Assembly: GCA_964537715.1 (NCBI GenBank)
Contig: CAZIAH010000003.1
Span: 15,331 to 79,330, forward strand
Length of the DNA: 64,000 nt
Reading direction: 5' to 3'
Origin: an uncultured bacterium
GTDB taxonomy: Bacteria; Zhuqueibacterota; QNDG01; DSAB01
In this document: one piece after another, positions 7,957 through 17,720 of the stretch
Layout of the letters: each line of letters opens with the position of its first letter
Numbering within the stretch: the stretch's first letter is position 1
Program-made: the position numbers and the translations under genes
Notes under the pieces: model-generated
Seen by the model: the letters and a program-made list of their open reading frames with translations, nothing else
Told to the model about the DNA's origin: nothing
Database searches by the model: none

Positions 7957-10900
7957 TTACTTCATGAGTACCATTTTCTTCACATCGACAAATCGTTTCT
8001 CTTTTTCTTCTCTGCTTTTTATTTCAATCCGATAAATATAAATTCCCGTTGCGACTTTTTGACCGGAACCATTCCGGCCGTCCCAGATTACATGATGATA
8101 ACCGGCTGGCTTCATCTCTTGAACAAACTCACGGACTACCTGTCCTTTTATATCATAAATCACCAATTTCACTTCGGACGGCTGGGGCAGATGATACTCG
8201 ATTCTGGTTTCGGGATTGAATGGATTGGGATAGTTTTGAAGCAGGGCATACTCTTCGGGGATCCCCGATCTCTGATCCACAACACCTACTCCTTCTGAAA
8301 TATGAACACCAATCGGTCTGGAATACAATGTTAAATCTGTAACAATGGTATTCGTGATCTGACATACATAAGATCCGGAATCGGATTCTGTTGCCGATTC
8401 TATCACATAAGCTAAACTGTCCGCATCCGTAACTTCTTCACCATTTTTGAACCATTGATACACATTGGCCGTACCACCTACTTCGACTGATAAGATTATA
8501 GAAGAACCGACGTCTATCGTTGTATCCTGCTTTTCCCCCACACTATCCTGGGGCCAATAACTAAAATTGGGAATTCGAATATTGGGCTCGATATCTTCGA
8601 ATGTCAGCCGGTTGTCTTCTGCTGTCAGATCCGTCAATGTAGGAATAGAAGATAAATCCGGCAAACCGGTAAACTGATTTGAATTGATATAGAATCTTTG
8701 CAGTATGGTTAAATCTGTAAACTGACTTGGTATACTGCCTTCTAAATGATTCTGATGAATGTAACAAAATTGAAGTGCTGTACATTGACTGATTTCCTCA
8801 GGAACCGGTCCTGTGAACTGATTATAAAAAAGTTCTAATTGATACAATTGACTCAGGTCTCCGATCTCGGAAGGTATTGAACCTGAAAGCTGGTTGTTCG
8901 CCAATCTCAATATTCTTAATTTAGAGAGATTACCAATTTCCTGAGGAATTTCACCGGTTAACTGGTTTCCGTCCAGATATAAAAAGTATAACTCCGTCAA
9001 ATTGCATATCTCAGGGGGGATGGAATCTGAGAGTTGATTGTTATTGAGATACAATCCTACCAGATTGGTGCAATTCCCGATCTCAGGAGGAATGGGACCA
9101 TTCAATTCATTTCTGTCCAGATAAAAATCTGATAAATTGGGTAATTTGCCAATCTCAGGAGGTATCGATCCGGTGAACTGATTATTGCCCATATAGAGAT
9201 ATTCCACACTGGCCAAATTTCCAATCTCTGGTGGAATCTCACCTACTAACTGGTTATCGGAAAGATATAAATAGGTGACTGCTGTTAAGTTCTCAATCTC
9301 AGGAGGAACGGTTCCATTAAGATTGTTGTTATCCAAATCTACAATTTTAACACGTTCATCTTCAACTGTGATACCGAACCAGGTATCAAGCGAACCTGCC
9401 AGCCAGTTTGTGTGATTTGTCCAGTTTGTACCGTCGGTGCTATCATAAAGTGTAACAAGTGCGAGAGAATCTTGTTCGATATTTCCAGGAATTTTAACTG
9501 TTATAGTTGTTGTATGAGAATAGAGAGTTAATTCAGTAGCCACACTATTTGTGATTTGACAGACATAACTGCCCTCATCTTCAATGGTTGCGAAATTGAT
9601 TGTATATGTATCGGAAACAGCTCCGGAAAGGATGGTCTGATCGTGCAGCCACTGATACTGATTGTTTACGCCTCCCACATCCACAATAAGTGGGAAACTG
9701 GCACCGTAATCAATCGTTGTATCCTGGGCTTCTCCGACACTATCTTGGGGTGCATAGAAAAAAGCGGGAATGGTGATATTGGGTTCAATATCCTCGAATG
9801 TGAATCGATTATCTTGTGCGTAAAGAGTATGTAATTCCGGAAGTAAAGAAAGATTCGGCAGTCCATCCAATTGGTTGTAATTAATACGAAGCGTTTTCAG
9901 TGCAATAAGATTGGTAAATGCATCCGGAACCGCACCAGCCAATTGATTGTCCGTTAAATTGATATAAGTCGCTTTTATCAGATTGCCCATTTCTGAAGGG
10001 ATCGAACCTGTCAATTCATTACCGTCAAGATAGCATTGTTTGACTTCAATTAGATTGCCGATTTCTTCGGGGATCGAACCATCAAGAGCATTGTTGTCTA
10101 AAATCAAATGGGTAAGACTGGTTAGATTACCAATTGCAGGCGGAATAGAACCAGTAAGCTGGTTGTTATTCAGATACAGCGATGTCAATTGGATTAGATT
10201 ACCAATCTCAGCTGGAATCGTATCTCCCAGTTGATTGTTGTCCAAATCCAAAGACGTCAGTTCGGTCAAATCGCCAATTTCAGGAGGAATGATTCCGTCT
10301 AAATTGTTAAACGCTAAAACGATTCGACTGATTCTATCGTCCGAAACCGTAATCCCGTACCATGTGAGTACCGAACCCGAGAGCCAGTTATCATTGTTTG
10401 TCCAATGAGCTCCATCCGTACTGTTATACAACGCAACGAGAGCAAGCGAATCTTGCTCAAATTCCGGATTTGCACCAACCACTGTTACATGAATTGGACG
10501 ACTGTAAATTGTCAGTCCTGGAACCACGGTATTGGTAACACGACAGATATAATCACCTGCATCAGCAGACGAGACATAACCAATTGTATACTCATCCGAT
10601 GTGGCTCCCGGAATCATCGAATACCCGTTGAACCACTGATATTGATTACTGGCTCCTCCGACACTTACCAAAAAGGAGAGGCTAGTCCCATAGGTTACGG
10701 TTGTATCCTTTTCTGTTCCGACACTATTCTGGGGAGTGTAATCAAAATTGGAAATCATAATATTCGGTTCCAGATCCTCAAATGTGAACCGGTTATTATA
10801 GACAGAAAAGTAGCTCAAATCTGGCAAAGAGGACAGATCCGGCAATTCATCAAGCTGATTATAATCGACATAAAAAGACGTCAGCTTCTCTAGATTTGTA

Positions 10901-12030
10901 AACGTACCTGGCACCGCACCTGTTAACTGATTGTTGCCGAGATCTAAAAACATCATATTCGGTAAAAATCCCATTTCCTCCGGAATAGCTCCTGAAAATT
11001 GATTATGCGCAAGATAGAGCGACGCAAGTTGCGCTAATTTTCCAATCTCCGCTGGAATGGAATCAGAAAGCTGATTCAAACTGATATTTAAATAGGACAA
11101 ATTGGTCAAATCCCCAATTTCAGGAGGAATCGGACCTTCCAACTGATTGTCATTGAGATACAAGGATAACAAAGTTGTCAGATTCCCGATATCAGCAGGT
11201 ATTGTACCTTCAAATTGATTATAACTCAAATCGAGTGTTTGAATACTTACCAGATCACCAATCTCTGGAGGAATAGGACCGGAAAACTGGTTGTTATAGA
11301 AATAACAGTATATCAAATCATCTAGATTGCCAATCTCTGGAGGAATAGGGCTATTAAGCTGGTTATACGATAAATCCAGCACCATCAGATTGCTCAGGTT
11401 GCCAATTTCCTGTGGTATTTGACCTGTAAGCTGATTGCTATTTAAATAGATATCTTTGCATTGATCAAGATTCCCTATTTCAGGAGGAATGGAACCTGTG
11501 AGCTGATTTTCTGAAAGAATAAGTGTGATTAAATTGACAATATCCCCTATCCATAGCGGAATCGTTCCTGAAATCTGATTATCTCTCAATTCAAGGTGTG
11601 ACAAACGTGTTAAATTCTGGATTCCTGCAGGAATAGAATCGCCGAATTGGTTGCAATTCAAATACAAATTATTCAAGTAAATGAGATTACCAATTTCTTC
11701 AGGAATAGGTCCACTGAGTTGATTTAGACTGAGGTCCAGATAGGTCAGTGTATCCAGATCACCGATCTCTGATGGGAGAGTCCCCGTCAAGTTATTTCCG
11801 TGTAATTTTATTGAGGTCACCCGTTCATTCTCCACATCAATACCATACCAATCGGCCACCGGTCCAGTAAGCCAGTTATCTTTATTGGTCCAGTTGGTTC
11901 CATCGGTACTATCGTACAAAGCGACAAGTGCCAGAGAATCCTGCTCGAGAACTTGCCCTATTATATCGGAAGGATTTAAAAGAAGAATAACAACGAAAGT
12001 GGACAGCCAAGTAAAAGATTGCTTTCTCAT
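7957..12030 (-). CDS. Giant secreted leucine-rich-repeat protein. Three tandem modules, each an LRRNT-like cap plus about 10-12 plant-specific-type 24-residue LRRs plus an Ig-like domain, ending in a T9SS C-terminal sorting domain.
   Basis: Signal peptide. Repeats match LxxLxxLxLxxNxLxGxIPxEIGNL (e.g. LTYLDLSLNQLSGPIPEEIGNL). Caps EQDSLALVALYDSTDGTNWTNKDNWL...WYGI occur three times. Ig-like GDY-C-TN motifs (AGDYICRVTNTVV; GSYVCQITNS). CTD LLQNYPNPFNPETRIEYHL...IYIYRI. Strong RBS aaaaggagggggaaATG. Confidence 0.85.
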   Translation of the reverse strand: MRKQSFTWLSTFVVILLLNPSDIIGQVLEQDSLALVALYDSTDGTNWTNKDNWLTGPVADWYGIDVENERVTSIKLHGNNLTGTLPSEIGDLDTLTYLDLSLNQLSGPIPEEIGNLIYLNNLYLNCNQFGDSIPAGIQNLTRLSHLELRDNQISGTIPLWIGDIVNLITLILSENQLTGSIPPEIGNLDQCKDIYLNSNQLTGQIPQEIGNLSNLMVLDLSYNQLNSPIPPEIGNLDDLIYCYFYNNQFSGPIPPEIGDLVSIQTLDLSYNQFEGTIPADIGNLTTLLSLYLNDNQLEGPIPPEIGDLTNLSYLNISLNQLSDSIPAEIGKLAQLASLYLAHNQFSGAIPEEMGFLPNMMFLDLGNNQLTGAVPGTFTNLEKLTSFYVDYNQLDELPDLSSLPDLSYFSVYNNRFTFEDLEPNIMISNFDYTPQNSVGTEKDTTVTYGTSLSFLVSVGGASNQYQWFNGYSMIPGATSDEYTIGYVSSADAGDYICRVTNTVVPGLTIYSRPIHVTVVGANPEFEQDSLALVALYNSTDGAHWTNNDNWLSGSVLTWYGITVSDDRISRIVLAFNNLDGIIPPEIGDLTELTSLDLDNNQLGDTIPAEIGNLIQLTSLYLNNNQLTGSIPPAIGNLTSLTHLILDNNALDGSIPEEIGNLIEVKQCYLDGNELTGSIPSEMGNLIKATYINLTDNQLAGAVPDAFTNLIALKTLRINYNQLDGLPNLSLLPELHTLYAQDNRFTFEDIEPNITIPAFFYAPQDSVGEAQDTTIDYGASFPLIVDVGGVNNQYQWLHDQTILSGAVSDTYTINFATIEDEGSYVCQITNSVATELTLYSHTTTITVKIPGNIEQDSLALVTLYDSTDGTNWTNHTNWLAGSLDTWFGITVEDERVKIVDLDNNNLNGTVPPEIENLTAVTYLYLSDNQLVGEIPPEIGNLASVEYLYMGNNQFTGSIPPEIGKLPNLSDFYLDRNELNGPIPPEIGNCTNLVGLYLNNNQLSDSIPPEICNLTELYFLYLDGNQLTGEIPQEIGNLSKLRILRLANNQLSGSIPSEIGDLSQLYQLELFYNQFTGPVPEEISQCTALQFCYIHQNHLEGSIPSQFTDLTILQRFYINSNQFTGLPDLSSIPTLTDLTAEDNRLTFEDIEPNIRIPNFSYWPQDSVGEKQDTTIDVGSSIILSVEVGGTANVYQWFKNGEEVTDADSLAYVIESATESDSGSYVCQITNTIVTDLTLYSRPIGVHISEGVGVVDQRSGIPEEYALLQNYPNPFNPETRIEYHLPQPSEVKLVIYDIKGQVVREFVQEMKPAGYHHVIWDGRNGSGQKVATGIYIYRIEIKSREEKEKRFVDVKKMVLMK

Positions 12031-12222
12031 TTCCCCCTCCTTTTACTAAGACTAATAGAATAAATTACTAAAAATAAAGGTGTCAATATTCCTTTAGAAA
12101 GTCAAGATAAAATTTAATCACTAAATTACAGGAAAAATCAATTTATTCGAATGTATCCAAAATAAGCTTGACTCTTACTTTACAGAATGTTTAACTTTAT
12201 TAAATAAACAAGGAAATTTAAA

Positions 12223-12702
12223 ATGTTAAAGATAAAGAATTGTGTATTCATTATTGTATGTTCTTTCTTTTTATTTACATGTACAGGACCTTATACCATA
12301 CCAACACGACCGCCAAGATTTCAGACCCAAAAGCAGGCCAGGCTCTGGAATCACGCCCAGACTTTTCTTGGTGTACCTTATCGATTTGGAGGATCCAACA
12401 GAGCAGGAATGGACTGTTCTGGACTTGTTTTCCGGCTTTATAAGGATGTTTATAATATAGAGCTTCCCCACAGCACGACAGAATTATATCAACAAGGATA
12501 TACGATCACTCTGGGCGTCCTGGAAACTGGTGATCTTATATTCTTTCATGACGGTCAGAATCGGACTCCGGAACATGTAGGCATTTATCTTGGGAACTTC
12601 AGATTTATCCATGCATCCAGCCGAAGAGGTGTCATTGTATCAAAAATATCCGATCCATATTATCAAAAACGGATTTTGGGAGCAAGAAGAATTCGTAAAT
12701 AG
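12223..12702 (+). CDS. NlpC/P60 (C40) family peptidoglycan endopeptidase lipoprotein
   Basis: Lipobox-like LFTC; catalytic Cys in GMDCSGLVFRLY, His in EHVGIYLG, and FIHAS tail. Confidence 0.85.
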   Translation: MLKIKNCVFIIVCSFFLFTCTGPYTIPTRPPRFQTQKQARLWNHAQTFLGVPYRFGGSNRAGMDCSGLVFRLYKDVYNIELPHSTTELYQQGYTITLGVLETGDLIFFHDGQNRTPEHVGIYLGNFRFIHASSRRGVIVSKISDPYYQKRILGARRIRK

Positions 12703-12724
12703 ATTTAAGCAACTTATCTGAAGT

Positions 12725-13180
12725 TTACCATCGAGGCATTAACAGATCACCGATCTTTTCAAGATATTTCTGATCCACTTCATCAAAATCATTTTGCCGA
12801 TCGCTGTCCACATCGAGAACTCCGCGGATGGATTGATTTTGATCAAACAGAGGGATAACCATTTCGGATTTCGAATTGGGATCACAGGCCACATGCCCAG
12901 GAAATTGATGTACATCGGGAACGATTAAAGTCTTCTTTTTCTTGACACAAGTTCCACAAACCCCCTCCCCTATATCAAGAAACACACAAGCCGGAGCCCC
13001 CTGAAATGGCCCGAGTACCAATCGATTGTCTTTTATCAGATAAAAACCAACCCAGAAAAATCCGAGACGCTTTTTCAAAACAGCTGCGATATTGCCGAGA
13101 TCAGCAATGAAATCCCCGCCCTTTTCGAGACGGATTTCGATCTCCCGGAGTGCGGCAATGTATTTCTCTGTTCTGGTCAA
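12725..13180 (-). CDS. GAF-domain protein, free methionine-(R)-sulfoxide reductase (fRMsr/MsrC)-like
   Basis: About 150 aa GAF with conserved Cys pattern (GVCGTCVKKKKTLIVPDVHQFPGHVACDPNSKSEMVIPL), typical of fRMsr. Confidence 0.65.
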   Translation of the reverse strand: MTRTEKYIAALREIEIRLEKGGDFIADLGNIAAVLKKRLGFFWVGFYLIKDNRLVLGPFQGAPACVFLDIGEGVCGTCVKKKKTLIVPDVHQFPGHVACDPNSKSEMVIPLFDQNQSIRGVLDVDSDRQNDFDEVDQKYLEKIGDLLMPRW

Positions 13181-13186
13181 TTCTTG

Positions 13187-14089
13187 CTATCCCCGGACAA
13201 AAATATTTTTGATCACATGTCCGGCTATCTGGGGATTCTCCTTCATTCTCCGCATGCAATAGCCGTACCACTGCTCCCCGTATGGTACATAGATCCTGAG
13301 CCCATGTCCGTCGGCCACCAATTCATTTCTCATATTTTCAGTCACGCCTAAAAGCATCTGAAACTCGTATTGGAATTTGGGAACCCGGTATTCATTCAGC
13401 ATCTTGAGCGACCGGTTGACCAGCACCCGGTCGTGGGTCGCGATACCCGCATAGGATTTCGATTCGAAAAGCATCTTGACCAGTGCCATGAAATTATCAC
13501 GTATCTTTTCCCGATCATTGAAAGCGATTTACGGGGATTCATCGTAAATGCCCTTGCAGACCCGGATATTGGCAATACCGTCTTTGATCAACTGTTCGAC
13601 ATCGCCCTGACTGCGTTTCATATAGGCCTGGATTACCGTTCCCACATTCTTGTAATCCTTCCGCAGTTTTCGATAGATAGCGAGTGTATCATCCGTGCAC
13701 GTGGAATCTTCCATGTCGATCCGGACGAAATTTTTGACTGCTTCTGCTCTCTGGACAATTTCTTTCACATGCTCGTAGCATCGGTTCTTATCTAAACGAA
13801 GTCCGAGCTGTGTCAACTTCAGGGACAACGTTGCCTCAAGATTATTTTTCTGGATCGCATCCAGAACTTCGAGACACTGCATTCTGGCAATGTTCGCTTC
13901 CTCAAGGCTCGTAATATCTTCTCCAAGCACATCTATGGTCACCTGACACCCGATTTCGTTCAAGTCCTGTGTCTTGGCCACTGCACTGGACAGAGTTTTA
14001 CCGGCAATGTATCGGCGAGAGAAAATCCATATAAATGACTTCGGGAAAACCGGCATGACGCCGACCACCAGACGACTAAACCATTTCAT
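13187..14089 (-). pseudogene. putA: Proline dehydrogenase (PutA/ProDH family) interrupted by a single in-frame TAA at 13529-13531. The N-part (14089..13532) and C-part (13528..13187) are in the same frame.
   Basis: N-part ...IRVCKGIYDESP* is followed in frame by IAFNDREKIRDNF MALVKMLFESKSYAGIATHD...GLRIYVPYGEQWYGYCMRRMKENP (ProDH C-terminus). The likely true start is the ATG at 14089, ATGA-overlapping the upstream GT2 stop. Confidence 0.6.
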
Positions 14090-15030
14090 GAGCGTATTCC
14101 TTCCAACGGTTCTGTAATGGTTTGTTTTTTTAATGTCAATTGATAGCCTCGATAAATATGATAAAAGACAAGAAAATGAATAACGCTCCGGCGCATTGGA
14201 CGAGGAACTATCGGAATGATTGCACGGCTCCATTTTGCGAGCCAGGATTGTAAGAACAGCCGCAAAAATCGATTTTGAAACGAACCGGAAATCAACCGGT
14301 CGAATCGAAAAAGCTGCGTGAATTCGGGATATTTTTTTTGAATATAGGGAAGATTGATGCTTCCAAATTCTTCCATCTGACGAAAGTAAGTGGACAAATC
14401 TTTATTCAATTCTGAATATCCGACCGCCGATACATTGAAAATCACGGGGAGCCGGAATGTTTTCCACAGACGATAGGCAAATTCGGTATCGCCTCCACCA
14501 TAGGTGACCATGCTTCCATCCTGGCCATCAACCTGAACAAAGTAGTGACTTTCAAAAGCGACATTTTGCGTGATCAGATAGTAGGCAGGAATCTCATCTC
14601 CATTCTTATATTTATTCTTTCCCCGGTGTTGGAGATAATCGGAAAGGTAACTGGTTTTCGAATCGGTATAGACAACATCACCCAAAGAAATACAATTTTT
14701 GTTCTTCAGAAGTGTGAGATGTTTTTCGAGTAAATCCGGTGCAGGACGTATATCCGAATCGAACATAACGAGGTATTTCGACGTAATGTGTCCGAGCGCT
14801 AGATTCCTGGCTGGATTTCTTCCCTTGCGTTTCCCATCGGGATGGGTGAGCACTTTAAATTCGAACGGATAACGGGTTTCTGACAGATACTCCAGCGTTC
14901 CGTCAGTCGAACCATCCACACAGATCAGCAGACGGAAATCTTTCACAGTCTGCGCTTCAAATCCGGCCAAACAGCCTTCCAGTTCATCCAGATTGTTGTA
15001 GGTGGCTATGATAATATCAAACAGTGCCAT
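14086..15030 (-). CDS. Glycosyltransferase family 2
   Basis: DIIIATYNNLDELEGCLAGFEAQT...LICVDGSTDGT GT-A motifs. Confidence 0.8.
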   Translation of the reverse strand: MALFDIIIATYNNLDELEGCLAGFEAQTVKDFRLLICVDGSTDGTLEYLSETRYPFEFKVLTHPDGKRKGRNPARNLALGHITSKYLVMFDSDIRPAPDLLEKHLTLLKNKNCISLGDVVYTDSKTSYLSDYLQHRGKNKYKNGDEIPAYYLITQNVAFESHYFVQVDGQDGSMVTYGGGDTEFAYRLWKTFRLPVIFNVSAVGYSELNKDLSTYFRQMEEFGSINLPYIQKKYPEFTQLFRFDRLISGSFQNRFLRLFLQSWLAKWSRAIIPIVPRPMRRSVIHFLVFYHIYRGYQLTLKKQTITEPLEGIRS

Positions 15031-15123
15031 ATTACTCGATGGTTAAAAAAACAGCGTCCCTGATAGTCAGGATTACTCCAATTCTTGCTTCATCCTGAGC
15101 GCAGTCGAAGGATGATAAGTCGA

Positions 15124-16212
15124 TCAAACAAAATGATTCCCCAATGTCTTCCGATATACATCCAGCATCCTTTCCGCAACCCGGTTCCAGAGAAAATTTC
15201 TTTGAATGTGCTTTTTCAATGTATCTGTTTTCTGGCTATTTAAAGCCTTCTCGATTGCGGTACGAATAGATCGAACCGAATAGGGATTGACGTATTCTGC
15301 TTGATCCTCAAAATACTCCTGCGTGCCGCCGTGTGGTGTAATTACGATGTTCGCTCCGGCAAGGCCGGCCTCGAGTGCCGCGATTCCCGGCGTTTCGAAT
15401 TTGGACGGTAAAGCAAACACCCTGCATGCTGCATATGCCGACGCCAGCAGCGGAGAATCGTGATCGAGTCCATCGATGAGAATCAGATTTTTATTTTTTT
15501 TTGCCTCACTCAGACACAATTCGGCCTCCCGGGAAGACACGACCTGACCGATGATCACGGCAGGATGATCGATCCGGCTCAGCGCCCGAATCAGGGAAAG
15601 CACATTTTTTCGATCCGGACCGATATGCCCGACATTGAGAATAAAATCCCTGACTCCATATTTTTTTTGAAACAGTGCCGGATCAGCCGATAGAAATTGT
15701 TCCGACACTCCGTTTGGAATCCAGTGAATCTTCTCTTTCGGAACGCACAATCCCTTTTCGATCAAACGGGCTTCCGCCATCGTGTTCGGCATGACGGCTT
15801 CGGCCCAATGACAGATATCGCGGGGAAAATGCCAGTCCCACCAAATTCCCCGAATCATCTTTCGCATTCCTCGGTAAAGCACATTCGCGGAACGGATCAG
15901 ACCGGCGGAATGACGGCTATAAAAAATCGGCATGACGGCAAACTTGATGTTCCGATTTTTCAAATCCCTTGCAAGGTGAAAATTTCCCAGATTTGCCCCG
16001 AACAACTGGATGAGATCGCAATCCAGAACCTTCTCCTTTTCATCCCACATATCGAAATATCCGATTTCGACGCCCATGCGTCTTAGATGCGCCTTCGTTT
16101 CGACAATGGCCACATGGGGGCCGCCGTGCACAAACATCACGGATTGATAGCATGCAAAATTAATTTTCATGATTTCATTTTTCCGAAAATGTTTTCTATT
16201 CTGTAAATCCAA
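15124..16212 (-). CDS. Glycosyltransferase family 4 (GT-B, group 1)
   Basis: C-terminal PSKFETPGIAALEAGLAGANIVITPHGGTQEY E-x7-E-type motif. Confidence 0.75.
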   Translation of the reverse strand: MDLQNRKHFRKNEIMKINFACYQSVMFVHGGPHVAIVETKAHLRRMGVEIGYFDMWDEKEKVLDCDLIQLFGANLGNFHLARDLKNRNIKFAVMPIFYSRHSAGLIRSANVLYRGMRKMIRGIWWDWHFPRDICHWAEAVMPNTMAEARLIEKGLCVPKEKIHWIPNGVSEQFLSADPALFQKKYGVRDFILNVGHIGPDRKNVLSLIRALSRIDHPAVIIGQVVSSREAELCLSEAKKNKNLILIDGLDHDSPLLASAYAACRVFALPSKFETPGIAALEAGLAGANIVITPHGGTQEYFEDQAEYVNPYSVRSIRTAIEKALNSQKTDTLKKHIQRNFLWNRVAERMLDVYRKTLGNHFV

Positions 16213-17720
16213 AGACGCCAGAAATCCCGTCTCCTGACACCGGGAGAATGAACCGGGATTGATTGATCCCGATTTTTCCAGACAAGTTTGCTTATATCAA
16301 TCGTTTTCTGAAAAGGAAACACAGTGTATTTTTTGTCAGGAGAAATCGCTCTGAGATAAACGGAACCATCTCCATTTCGAACATCCAAAATTAGTTTTTG
16401 ATTTCGAACCACCGGACTCCAATCAATGCGGGCTCTCCGTTTCCACCAAGTGCTGTAATTCCCCATGCTCATTGATGGAATGTTTTGTTGCTGAATTTCA
16501 CGGAATATCTCTTGAAAGACAGCGAAATTGCGATGTCCCGGATGGTGATAGATAAAAATGGGCTCTTCTAACATAAATTTCTGTTGGATTACATTTTGAT
16601 AATACGAAAGATACTGCTGCTTCGTATGTCTGGCCCGTCGGAGATTGCCGATACTGACTGGATGAATCGGCACCTGGAGAACCGTAGAAAAGGAATTATT
16701 CAAATAGGGATAAAATGGGAGATCGTCGTAGTCCAATCCAAATTCAGAGGAATATTCGAATTGCATCTCCTGAACAACTTTTCCCAAAGCCGGATTCCAT
16801 TCGCCATACGGCGCCGCGTATCCCTTTGGATGAATCCCTGCATTGCGAAGAATATTCAATCCCTCAACAATATTTTTTTTATTTGTTTGATAATCCGGAA
16901 AAATCCTGTGGCGGTAACAATGGTATCCGATCTCCTGATCCTTCATGTCGCGATAAAATCGAATCCAATTGTACTGGCTCTTGGTTTCGACAAACCAGGT
17001 GGCCGGAATGCGGTTCTTCTGGCAGAGAGAATAAAGTGTCTCGAGCTCCTGCTGCGTACCAAAATCAGTATCTACACGGAAAGAAAAGACGTTCTTTTCT
17101 CCATTGGGAAACTGCCAGAGATGAACAAACGGAACGTTGCGTCGGCGATAGAGATAAATCAAACACTCCTGAATGATGTGCCGGAGACCACCCTTTGAAA
17201 CCTTCGAGACTTTTTCCGAAGGCAGTCTCTTCCCATATTCGGAATGGAAATATTTTTGTCTAACATCCGCGCAAAGCAGTGACGCGATCAATCCTGAAGG
17301 CAGAACAACCACGTTTCCCTTGCCATAGGACAAAACACCAATCGCATATTTTCCCATCTGATTCCTGCAATGAGTGGCACTCTTTGGGACTTGCATCCGC
17401 CGAAAAAGATCGCAATCGAAGGAACGAGAAAAAAGCGGCCCTTCCTCTGCGTACAGTGTTTTCAGATAGACTCGCTTTACCTTCTGGGAAAGAAGGTGTT
17501 TGGCAGCATCGGCTTCGACAAGGATCGATCCGCCGTTATTCAGGTATTCGAGAATGTATTTTGTGTTCTGCTTCTTTCCGAAATAAGTAACGATCAATAC
17601 GACAAACGCATCCGTGGAAACGGATCGATCCATATTGATTTTTTCGAAGGGTACACCGATCTGCCCAAGAACAGTCTTCCAGCCCGGCGTCTCTTCCGAT
17701 ATGCCGATAGTCAATCTCAA
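16167..17720 (-). CDS. Polysaccharide deacetylase (NodB-homology) family protein with an N-terminal domain of unknown function
   Basis: FSFRVDTDFGT...ATWFVETK and HCYRH motifs resembling CE4/NodB. The start is uncertain (overlaps the GT4 gene by 46 bp). Confidence 0.5.
   Translation of the reverse strand: MRLTIGISEETPGWKTVLGQIGVPFEKINMDRSVSTDAFVVLIVTYFGKKQNTKYILEYLNNGGSILVEADAAKHLLSQKVKRVYLKTLYAEEGPLFSRSFDCDLFRRMQVPKSATHCRNQMGKYAIGVLSYGKGNVVVLPSGLIASLLCADVRQKYFHSEYGKRLPSEKVSKVSKGGLRHIIQECLIYLYRRRNVPFVHLWQFPNGEKNVFSFRVDTDFGTQQELETLYSLCQKNRIPATWFVETKSQYNWIRFYRDMKDQEIGYHCYRHRIFPDYQTNKKNIVEGLNILRNAGIHPKGYAAPYGEWNPALGKVVQEMQFEYSSEFGLDYDDLPFYPYLNNSFSTVLQVPIHPVSIGNLRRARHTKQQYLSYYQNVIQQKFMLEEPIFIYHHPGHRNFAVFQEIFREIQQQNIPSMSMGNYSTWWKRRARIDWSPVVRNQKLILDVRNGDGSVYLRAISPDKKYTVFPFQKTIDISKLVWKNRDQSIPVHSPGVRRRDFWRLWIYRIENIFGKMKS

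Noticed and set aside
12240-12471. Three small overlapping ORFs (66-72 aa) within the NlpC/P60 gene region
   Set aside because: They are alternative frames of a well-supported CDS.
13529-13531. In-frame TAA in proline dehydrogenase considered as programmed readthrough or selenocysteine
   Set aside because: The stop is UAA (Sec uses UGA), there is no SECIS-like context, and ProDH is not a selenoprotein; a nonsense mutation or a sequencing error is the likelier explanation.
17363-17385. TGGCAC...TTGCA resembling a sigma-54 -24/-12 element
   Set aside because: The GG-to-GC spacing is 17 nt rather than about 10, and it lies inside a coding region.
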